A DNA stretch of 64,000 bases from Proteromonas lacertae (Eukaryota): NCBI GenBank assembly GCA_002245135.1, contig NGBS01000600.1:1-64000 (forward strand), read 5' to 3'. The position numbers and the translations under genes are program-made. The first letter of the stretch is position 1. The number at the start of each line of letters is the position of its first letter. Under the pieces are notes generated by a model. That model did not search any database and was not told the origin of the DNA. It saw nothing but the letters and a program-made list of their open reading frames with translations. Positions 52,495-64,000 of the stretch are shown here, piece after piece.

Positions 52495-55400
52495 ATGAAA
52501 ATAAATGATGAAAAATATGAAACTATTGGAAAAGGTGGTTTTAGCAAAGTGTGCTTAGTAAGACATAATGGTTTAAAGCTAGCTAGAAAAGAAATTAAAA
52601 TAAAAGAAGGATATTTAGAGACAATAAAAAGGGAAATAAAGATTTTAGAAGAGTTGAGAGATCGAAATATCTTGATACTAAAAGATAGTGTAATAATTGA
52701 AGAAGAAAATATATGTTATATATACACAGAGTATTTAAAAAATGGTGATTTATGGAGAATAATATATGAAAAGAAAGTGAAAAAAGAAGATTTCTCAATT
52801 TATGTATATATTATTACAAATATGTTATATATAGGAGATATACAGTTACATGAGTGATTTAATAAATGGTTTAAAGTATATTCATAACAAAGGGATAATT
52901 CATCGAGATTTAAAACCCGGAAATATCTTAGTAGGAGATCATAATGAATTAATAATCAGTGATTTTGGTTTAGCAACTGAAAATGAAAATAGTGATGATG
53001 TATTGAAAGGAACTTATAATTATATGGCTCCTGAATTATATCAAACCAGCCCTCCTCCATATTCAACAGCAAGTGATATATTTTCATTGGGTTGTGTATT
53101 ATATGAATTATACACCTTAAGAATGGCTTTTGAAGGAAAGAACAAAAGAGAGATTATAAATAATATATTTTTAAAAGAAGAATTAGTTTTTACGAGAGTT
53201 AGTGGAGTTGAAATTCCTCAAATAGAAACATTAATAAAGCGTATGTTAGAGAAAGATGTAAATAAAAGAATAAAACTTGATGAAATAGAAGAAGAAATAA
53301 ACAAAATATCAAACACTCCTCCTGTTCCTTCTGTAAGTGATTTATCATTTTCTTCACCATTAATATCTGAAGCTTCAACCGAATTAGCTAGTTTTTCATC
53401 ATATTATTCATTAATTTTATCGTTTTATTTAGAAGGTGGTTATGTAGAAGGTAAAACATTGAATGAAATCATTAAAATGAGCAATAAAGAATTCTTATCC
53501 TATTGGAAAATTGAATTAACAATTGTATAGTAATATATTTATTTATTTAAATCATAGGTGTTATTTCCTTCAATAAATCAAGAAAATCCTCCATATAGTG
53601 AAGAACATGCCAAAGAATTAATTAAGAACAAAGAAATATATCTAAAAGAATTACATATACTGATTGATTTAATTGATCATAACAACCTGGATACAATCAA
53701 CTCAATAATCAAGTTCTTATACTCAATAGAAGATGAAGAATATATTGAAAAACTTACAAAAATAAAAAAATACATTGAAAATTATACAAAAGGATGTGAA
53801 AGTTATAATTCAGTAAATATATTATCTATTATTTCTTTATAGAAGAATTATATAAGATCAATAGAATATCTTGTAACTGCTTTAAATGATTCATCTACAT
53901 ATAATGAAAAATTTAAATGCAAATTCAAAATTGGTGAAAGTTATCGAAATCTAGTATAAATTTTGTGTATAAATGAATGTATAGAATCAATTTAAAGAAT
54001 CTAAAGAGCGTTTTGAATCAGCATTAGTTTTTGCATTTACAAATAGAGAAAAATGTGATTGTTATTTAAATATTGGTTTGTGCAGTGCAAATGTTGAAGA
54101 ATATGAACAAGCTATAAAATATTTTAAAACTGCATTTGAGAATCTCTATGAATTAGAACATCTTAACCCTTTAGATGAAGAATCTTTGCAGTATATTAAC
54201 AGAATGAAATATTTATGTAACAACAATATAGCAATGTGTTATGGCAATCTAGTATAACCATAAAAATATTCATATTATAGGGTGATTTAAATAATTCACT
54301 AGAACATTTTAAGTCTGCATTCCAATTTACTTCTAAAAATGAAGAAAAATACGAATGTTGTTTCACTATCAGTAATTTTTATGAACTAACAGTATTATAC
54401 TTGATATAAATGATAATATAGAGAGAAATTAAAAAAGCAATTGAATATTTAGAATCTGCTTTAGACTTTGCTTCCACAAATGAAAAGATTTACTTATGCA
54501 ACTTTAGAATAGGTGTTTGTGATTTGAAGATTGTATGATTATAAACAATTAATATTATTATAGAGGGAATATGAAAAAGCAAAAGATTATTTTGAATCTG
54601 CATTAAATCTTGCATTAACAGATGAAGAGAATTATAGTTGCAGTTTAAATATTGGTTTATGCTATTTTAATATTGTATAGTAGTATCTAATTTACTTTTA
54701 TTATAGAAAGAGTATGAAAAATCATTAGATCATTATAAATCTGCATTAGGATTTGCAACTATAAAGAAACAAAAATATATGTGTTTTATGAATTTAGGTG
54801 ATTGTTATTTGGGTTTTGTATATATTTCAATTGTTTTATAATAGAATGATAATGAAAACTCATTTAATTGTATTACTTCGGCAATTGACTTTGCTGAATC
54901 AGATGAAGATAGATGCTTATATTATATATATATGTGTAAATATTTATTTAAACTAGGTAATATTGAAGAAGCTATAGATCAATACAATAATGCATTAGAA
55001 TTAGCTAAAAGTGATTATGAGAGATTTAGATGTAATAATGAAATGGGTAAATGCTATTTTGATATTGTATATATATGAATGTGATTATAATGAAAATAGA
55101 AAGATTATGAAGAATCAAAGAAATATTTGAATGAAGCAAGTAAATACATATCCAGTGTTGAAGATGAATTTCAAAGGATAGAATTTGAAGAAATGTTGAA
55201 AAAAGTGAATAATGGAACAAGTGGAGATACTTCTTCTTGTGATTCTAAAATTCTAAATTCTTATTTACGAGGTGGTTTTATAGAAGGTAAAACATTAAAA
55301 GAAAAAGGAGAAGGAGGTTTTAGCAAAGTGTGTTTAGTTGAACATAATGGTTTAAAGCTACATAGAAAAGAAATTAAAATAAAAGAAGGATATTTAGAGA

Positions 55401-58400
55401 CAATAAAAAGGGAAATAAAGATTTTAGAAGAGTTGAGAGATCGAAATATCTTGATACTAAAAGATAGTGTAATAATTGAAGAAGAAAATATATGTTATAT
55501 ATACACAGAGTATTTAAAAAATGGTGATTTATGGAAGCTGATAGATAAAAAGAAGAAAAGTAAAGAAGATTTCTCAGTAAATGTATATGTGATGATATAT
55601 TAATGATATTTAGGAAATGATGATGTATATGAAAGATTTAATAAATGGTTTAAAGTATATTCATAACAAAGGGATAATTCATCGAGATTTAAAACCCGGA
55701 AATATCTTAGTAGGAGATCATAATGAATTAATAATCAGTGATTTTGGTTTAGCAACTGAAAATGAAAATAGTGATGATGTATTGAAAGGAACTTATAATT
55801 ATATGGCTCCTGAATTATATCAAACCAGCCCTCCTCCATATTCAACAGCAAGTGATATATTTTCATTGGGTTGTGTATTATATGAATTATACACCTTAAG
55901 AATGGCTTTTGAAGGAAAGAACAAAAGAGAGATTATAAATAATATATTTTCAAGAGCAGAATTAGATTTTTCGAAAATAAGAGGTGAAAGAATACCTGAA
56001 ATAGAAACATTAATAATGCGAATGTTAGAGAAAGATGTAAATAAAAGAATAAAACTTGATGAAATTGAAGAAAAAATCAGATTATTGTCTTTTACAAATG
56101 GTGAAAATCAATTAAATGAAAATGAAACATTATCTCTTTCTTCATCATATTCATCTCATTTTTCCTTTTATGAATATTTTTCTATTATTATTATTTTCTA
56201 TTTAGAAGGTGGTTGTATAGCAGGTGAAACATTAAAAGAAATAAGTGAAATGAGTGAAGAAGAATTCAATTCATTTTGGAGAGATAAATATTCATCTGTA
56301 TATTTATTTCTCTATTATTACAATAGATATTTTTTCCATCAATCAATCAAGAAAATCCTCCATATACTAAAGAAGATGCAGTTGAATTAAAAAATAATAA
56401 AGATAAATTTCTAAATGAATTACATAAAGTAATTGATTTAATTGAAAATAACAACGAACATCTAATCAACTCAATAATGAATTTCTTAGACTCAATAGAA
56501 GATAGAGAATATATGGAGAAACTTTGTTATAATCATCAATCCCTTACTTTAGTTTTCTATTTAGAAAATGGTTGTATAGCAGGTAAATCATTAAAAGAAA
56601 TAAGTGAAATGAGTGAAGAAGAATTCAATTTATTTTGGAAAGATGAATATTCATCTGTATATTTATTTCTCTATTATTATAATAGTTGTTATTTCCTTCA
56701 ATAAATCAAGATGGTCGACTATTTTCATTAAAAGATTCAAAAGTATTAAAAATTAATAAACATTTATATTTGGATGATTTAATGAGAGTTATTAATTTAC
56801 TCATCAACAGAAATATGAATTATAATAAATTAGTCATATTAGAGTTTTACAAAATAATTAATGAGATTATAGATGATGATAAAACAATTGAAAATTATGT
56901 AGATGGTATTTTATTCTCATATATACCATCTGATTCTATAGTATTTATGTTAATTATTATATTTTTAACAGGTAAAAGAAAGAGTAAAAATGAGTAGAAA
57001 TGAGATAGATTTAGTTGTACAACATAAAAATGACATAAAGAAAGTTAAAGTGATAAATATTGAAGGAATAAAAGAAGATAATATAATCAATATTTGTGAG
57101 GATTACTCTTTATTGGTAGAATATTCTTCATCATTCATATATCCTTCAAGAATATTTCAGTTTAGAGGTGTGGGTGAGTATATGATAATATATAGAGAAT
57201 ATTATTACACTGATTTAGAGGAGGTAATACATAATAAATCATTATCAAGAAGTGATATATTTAGTGTATTATGTTCAGTATGTGATATATTAATAGTATT
57301 AAATGAATATGTTTTAGAAGTTGGTAATTTAAAGAGTAGTAACATACTATATGATAATTATGGTGAAATAAAACTATGTGACTTATGTATGAATTTAATA
57401 AGAAAAATAGAAGATATGAGAATATATGATATCTGCTTCAAAACCCCAGAAGAGTTAAATGGTTTAGAATGTAATGATAAAAGTGTGATTTGGTCAATTG
57501 GCTGTATATTATATGAGATGATAAACAAGAAATTACCATTTAATGAAGATGATAATATGAATAAAACAAAAGAGAATATTATGAGATGTAAATACAGTTT
57601 AGATGTAGAATGTGATGAGATGATGAAACAAATAATAGAAAGAATGTTAAAAGTGAAGAGTGAGGATAGATTGAGTTTAAAAGAGTTGAGAAAAGAAATG
57701 AAAAAAATGAATGAGATATTAAGAGATGAAGATAGTAATTTGATGATATTAAGTGATAAAAAACAGGTTCTATTCAATAATGATAAAAATATTGTTACAA
57801 TGCCAATAATATATCCACCAGAGTATTATATAGAATGTGATAAATATGACAGTATATATAATATATTATTAAATATAATAATAATCTTCCAATAGATATT
57901 AGAGATCATTTTATAGAATTATATAATAATAAACCAAATGAAAGAGTATTATCTATTTTATTAGTGATGAAGTTATACAAATGGGATTATTCAATCCAAG
58001 ATAAAGTGAAATTTCAAATTCATCACCTATGTAAAGAAAGAGGTAGAAATTGTTATTTAGATAGAATTATATTTGATATTTATACTTACGATAATGATAA
58101 GGACATAATCGAAATTGATTCTGAATGTATTTGTTTATGTGAAAAAGGCATGAATTATTTCTTCAGAATATTGAAACTTATTAATCCAATAAAACTCAAT
58201 TTTGGTATAAATTTGATTAATTATATTGATTTAGGTGTTAATCTTCCAGTGAATAATCAACTATTATTTGGGTCATATTTTTCTTTACTACCAAATATAC
58301 GAGAGTTGAATTTTCATAATTGTCATATTAATACAAAGTTTATAGAATCTTTTGTAAAATCCTTACAGTTTATGAAATTAAAACATGTAGATTTTCGATG

Positions 58401-58445
58401 TATTTATTTTTCTTTTTCTTTTTCTTTTTCTTTTTCTTTTTCTTT

Positions 58446-58477
<32 letters not shown>

Positions 58478-61400
58478 TTTCTTTTTCTTTTTCTTTTTCT
58501 ATATTGTTATGAAATAGTCAATCCAATTGGTCCAATTGGTTTTAGATTATTACTTCCCTATTTACATTTATTAATAAACAAGAATAATAAATTAAATCTT
58601 GAAAGAATGAGTTTAAATGATGAATCAATGATGTTACTATCAGAAGAATTATATAAATATCCATACATTGAAAAGATCAATATAGAGAATAATAAGAACA
58701 TTCATATAGAAGGATTAAAACAACTATTTTCAGTATTTTCCTATTCAAAAATAGAATATGATACAAATGGAATTAATTTGAAAGATGTTATAGGAGATGA
58801 TAATCATCAAGAAGATTTGGATGAAGTGAATATAGATAGAGTAAAAGATAATAGGAATATAAAGATGCAAAAAGATATAATTGAAAATGTAGTTTTTAAT
58901 TCTCCTTTATCACCTTCTTCTCATATTAATAATCCTCCTCACAGTCATTCATCATCGCCAATAGATAATTCATCCTATCCAGCATATGATCGTACAATAA
59001 TTTTGTCATTCTATTTAAATTGTGGATTAATAAATAAAAGATCTTTGAAAGAAATAGCTGAAATGAACAGTAAAGAATTGTCATACTTTTGGAATGACGA
59101 TTTAATACCTGTATATTCTGTATTTGTAATGCATAATAGATGTTCTTTCCTTCAATCAATCAAAAAGAACCTCCATATACTCAAGAAGACGCAACAGTCT
59201 TAAAGAATAAAAAAGATAAATTTCTAAATGAATTACATAAAGTAATTGATTTAATTGAAAATAACAACAAAGATCTAGTTAATTCAATAATCAAGTTCTT
59301 ATACTCAATAGAAGATGAAGAATATATCGAAAAACTTACAAAAATAAAAAAATACATTGAAAATTATACAAAAGGATGTGAAAGTTATAATTCAGTAAAT
59401 ATATTATCTATTATTTCTTTATAGAAGAATTATATAAGATCAATAGAATATCTTGTAACTGCTTTAAATGATTCATCTACATATAATGAAAAATTTAAAT
59501 GCAAATTCAAAATTGGTGAAAGTTATCGAAATCTAGTATAAATTTTGTGTATAAATGAATGTATAGAATCAATTTAAAGAATCTAAAGAGCGTTTTGAAT
59601 CAGCATTAGTTTTTGCATTTACAAATAGAGAAAAATGTGATTGTTATTTAAATATTGGTTTGTGCAGTGCAAATGTTGAAGAATATGAACAAGCTATAAA
59701 ATATTTTAAAACTGCATTTGAGAATCTCCTATGAATTAGAACATCTTAACCCTTTAGATGAAGAATCTTTGCAGTATATTAACAGAATGAAATATTTATG
59801 TAACAACAATATAGCAATGTGTTATGGCAATCTAGTATAACCATAAAAATATTCATATTATAGGGTGATTTTAATGATTCACTTAGAACATTTTAAGTCT
59901 GCATTACAATTCACTTCTAAAAATGAAGAAAAATACGAATGTTGTTTTCACTATCAGTAATTTTTATGAACTAACAGTATTATACTTGATATAAATGATA
60001 ATATAGAGAGAAATTAAAAAAGCAATTGAATATTTAGAATCTGCTTTAGACTTTGCTTCCACAAATGAAAAGATTTACTTTATGCAACTTTAGAATAGGT
60101 GTTTGTGATTTGAAGATTGTATGATTATAAACAATTAATATTATTATAGAGGGAATATGAAAAAGCAAAAGATTATTTTGAATCTGCATTAAATCTTGCA
60201 TTAACAGATGAAGAGAATTATAGTTGCAGTTTAAATATTGGTTTATGCTATTTTAATATTGTATAGTAGTATCTAATTTACTTTTATTATAGAAAGAGTA
60301 TGAAAAATCATTAGATCATTATAAATCTGCATTAGGATTTGCAACTATAAAGAAACAAAAATATATGTGTTTTATGAATTTAGGTGATTGTTATTTGGGT
60401 TTTGTATATATTTCAATTGTTTTATAATAGAATGATAATGAAAACTCATTTAATTGTATTACTTCGGCAATTGACTTTGCTGAATCAGATGAAGATAGAT
60501 GCTTATATTATATATATATGTGTAAATATTTATTTAAACTAGGTAATATTGAAGAAGCTATAGATCAATACAATAATGCATTAGAATTAGCTAAAAGTGA
60601 TTATGAGAGATTTAGATGTAATAATGAAATGGGTAAATGCTATTTTGATATTGTATATATATGAATGTGATTATAATGAAAATAGAAAGATTATGAAGAA
60701 TCAAAGAAATATTTGAATGAAGCAAGTAAATACATATCCAGTGTTGAAGATGAATTTCAAAGGATAGAATTTGAAGAAATGTTGAAAAAAGTGAATAATG
60801 GAACAAGTGGAGATACTTCTTTTTGTAATTTTCAAATTGTCAATTTCTATTTGCATAATGGATGTATAGGAAATAAAACATTAAAAGAAGTAAGTGAAAT
60901 GGATGAAGAACAATTCAGTTGGTTTTGGGATGATGATTATTTATCTGTATATTATATTATTATATATTTATCTACTTCATTATAGATATTATTCCCTTCA
61001 ATTAATCAAGAATATCCTGCATTTTCATTAGAGGATTCTAAAGTTTTAAAATCAAATAAAGACAAGTTTTTACCATATTTAATGAAAATAGTCAGTTTAC
61101 TGATAAAAAGAAATGATGATGTGAAAGAAAAGAAATCGTTAATTGCTGAAAGAATGAATGGTGAATCAATAATAAACATTAAAGAATTATTAGTAGATAT
61201 AGAAATTCCAGAATTAATAAAGTATATAAAAAGTAAATATGGCGAAGTGAATCTGAGTAATATTGGATTAGATGATGTGTTATTTAAATCATTCATTTCG
61301 TTGAGATCAAATGAATTGAAAGAAATAGAAGTTTTTGATATAAGCAGTATAAATTAATTATTTTAATATTACATAGATAATAATCTAACATATAAAAGTA

Positions 61401-63957
61401 TTCAAACACTTATAAATAGTTTATCATTTTTCACCAATGTTAAAGAAGTTCAATTATTTGGTAATAGAATAGGAGATTTAGGGATGCTTGTATTATCTCC
61501 ACATTTGAATTTACTAAAAGTGTTATTATGATAAAATAAACTGCAGTAGTATAATTGATATGATTTTAATATGAAATAGAAATGGGATTATCATCGATTG
61601 GATTAAGATATTTAGTGGATGGATTGAAGAATAGTCATGAAAAGATAATACTTGATATAAGTGAAAATAATATTGATTCAGATGGAATAGAATACTTGAT
61701 GAATAATATGAAAGAAAATGACAATATTGAAAAGTTATTAATTCATGGTATATTTTTATATTTATATTATAATAAACAATAGATAATCCAATTAAAGATA
61801 TTGGATTTGATTTATTGTTAGAGAAGTTGAATATGTTAGTTTATTGTCATGAAATGGATTTGAGTAATATAATAATAAATGATGAAAGTGTGTTATTATT
61901 AACAAACCAAATATATTCAATAAAAAGATGTTATACAATAAATATGAATGGAAATGGTGTAAGTATGAATAGATTAAAATCAATATGTTCAAAATCATTA
62001 GAAAGTGAAGAATATCCATTTATTGAGATGAAATGTAAAGACTGGAGAAATGAAGAATTAGAATCTTATTTGAATTATTGTATAAAGAAGAAGAGAAGAG
62101 ATAATAGAAGATATGATTTTTCAAATTTAACACTCAATGATTCACATATGTCCTTAATAAAGCAGATGAAATATTCCGAGATTGATTTATCAAATAATGA
62201 TATTAGTAGTAAAGGATTAAGAGAATTAACAAATTCTTTTACAAGACAATCAATATTTGTTTCAATCCATAACAATGAAATTGGAGATGAAGGAGTAGAA
62301 ATAATATGCAAATATATTGACAAATTTGTAGAAAGAGATGAAAAAGAAAATCCCAAATCATTAAATCTATGTAGTATATATTTAATCATGAAATATAATC
62401 ATATATATTTGAATAGAAATAGGAATGAGTGAGAAAGGATTAAGAATGTTAATAGAAAGATTAAGAGACTATTATCCATTGAAAGAAATAAATCTAGAAA
62501 GTAATAAATTTAGTGATAAAAAATCAGAGTTTGAAAGAATAAAAAGTGATAGAAAATTAAATACAGAATATAATAAAGAAAGAATGAATATACTATTATC
62601 TAATTATAGCGGAGGGGGAAATAATGGTGGAAGAAGATTAGGTGGTGGTGGAAAAATGGGAAATGGAAATGGAAATGGAGGTGATGGAAATAGAACAGCT
62701 TTATTTTATACTAATTATTCACCAGCTCTTCCTTCAAGTAAATCTTTTTATTTATACAATGCTCCTCTTCAGTATAAAACATTAACAGAAATAAGTGATA
62801 TGGATTTTGAAGAATTTAATATGTATTGGAGAGATAAATTTTTATATGTATTTAGATAATATGTTTAAGTTAATATAATAGGTATTATTTCCAACAATTG
62901 ATCAAGATGATCCAAAATTTCCAATAGAAGATTCAATTGAATTAATAAACCAGAAAGATAAATTCATTGGATGTATAAGAAAGATATTTAATTTATTGAA
63001 GAAAGAAAATGAAGGCAGAAAAGAAAACCATTTATTTATAATCGAATTATACAAATTTATTTCAAAGAATATTAACAGTAAAGAAAAAACAAAGAACTTC
63101 TTAATTGATGATATTATATTTACATATCTAATATGTCCAACTCTAGTATTTTTATTGTTTTAATAGTATAGATAAAATCAGGATTAAACAAAAATAGTAA
63201 TGAAACAGATTTACAACTCCAATTTGAAAGAAAAAATAAAATAATGAAAATAATAAATGTTGAAAAAATAAAAAAAAATAGGAGAAATGATTTTACAATA
63301 AAAAACAGTCTGTTGTGTAAGTATTGTAATACTAATACCTGCCAATTTAGTGTTTTTGAATTGAGTGTTAAAGGTGGATATATGTTAGTGTGGAGAGATT
63401 TTTATAATAGAGATTTAAAGAGAATGAATAAATTAAATCTGGATATTTCATTTATTGTTTTAGAATCAGTAAAATTATGCAAAATTTTAATATCTTTACA
63501 AAGTAAAAGAATGATAATATACAATTTAAAAACATCTAATATAATAATTGATAATGATGGTAAACTAAAACTATGTGATTTGTTTCTTAATAATTTACGA
63601 TATTCAGATGATTTAACAATCGAAGATATCTGTTATAAAAGCCCTGAAGAATTATGCGGATATGAGTGTAATGATAAAAGCATAATTTGGATTTTAGGTT
63701 GTATATTATATGAAATATTAACCTATAAATTACCATTTAATAAAGAAGATAATATCGAAAAAACAAAAGATAATATAAGGAGATGTAGATATGAAGAAGA
63801 TTTATTAAATAATAATTTGATGAAAGAAGTAATAAGTGAAATTTTTGTTATTAAGTATGTAAATAGAATAAGTTTAGAAGATTTGAAAAATAAAATGGAG
63901 AGTATATTTGATTCTACATTAAAAATAGTTGATAATTACAATGTAGTTAATATTTGA
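52495..63957 (+). CDS. Modular mega-gene: kinase-X-TPR-X'-kinase-X-X-pseudokinase-LRR-X-TPR-X-LRR-X-pseudokinase
   Basis: ORF pieces join through ~30-nt GT-AG introns. Two intact NEK-like kinases (GxGGFS, HRDLKPGN, DFG, APE), two pseudokinases (GNLKSSN and YNLKTSN, CDL), TPR-like and RI-LRR exons. +1 shifts at 59728, 59883, 59947, 60080 and ~61520. Confidence 0.7.
52525..55950. repeat. Near-identical kinase duplication (~52525-53170 and ~55315-55950)
   Basis: Long exact nucleotide matches across both kinase exons; the intron and flanks differ. Confidence 0.9.
53700..60820. repeat. ~1.5-kb TPR block duplication (~53700-55235 and ~59282-60820), introns included
   Basis: Identical antisense ORFs at 55026 and 60612 (offset 5,586). 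Introns are identical between the copies. Confidence 0.93.
58406..58500. repeat. (TCTTTT)n microsatellite inside an intron
   Basis: Visible hexamer run in the intron beginning near 58400. Confidence 0.9.
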
Positions 63958-64000
63958 ATAAGATATTGTTTATTATTGTATTTTTTCTTAAGAAATTTTA

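Noticed and set aside
58406..58512. (FS)n peptide at the end of the 182-aa ORF
   Set aside because: It is a translated intronic microsatellite, not coding.

Overview
This is a very AT-rich, gene-dense eukaryotic window with many short (about 25-60 nt, mostly ~30 nt) GT-AG introns and small intergenic spacers. Together with a Sig1/mastigoneme-type protein, this suggests a Blastocystis-like stramenopile (inference). About 22 protein genes or gene remnants can be reconstructed. Housekeeping genes include CCT1, a Nup205-like nucleoporin, histone H4 with a 3' stem-loop, an ArfGAP, RRP9, a TMEM145/GPR180-like protein, a LicD-family protein and an ALY/Chtop-like protein. Four multidomain genes are unusual: (1) an ~11.5 kb modular kinase/TPR/LRR/pseudokinase gene built from exact 111-nt phase-0 TPR exons, with seven copies of an unnamed spacer domain and a simpler paralog at 23-26.5 kb; (2) an ADCY10-type adenylyl cyclase-STAND NTPase apparently fused to a catalytically dead class I phosphodiesterase; (3) a divergent Hsp70 followed by coiled coils and RI-type LRRs; (4) a ~3,520 aa secreted Sig1/mastigoneme-like protein with identical 1,083-bp internal repeats and recurring RxLxE/D-like motifs. 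Many apparent +1 frameshifts are probably long-read consensus errors and limit certainty about gene models. All calls come from reading the sequence by eye; no searches were run.
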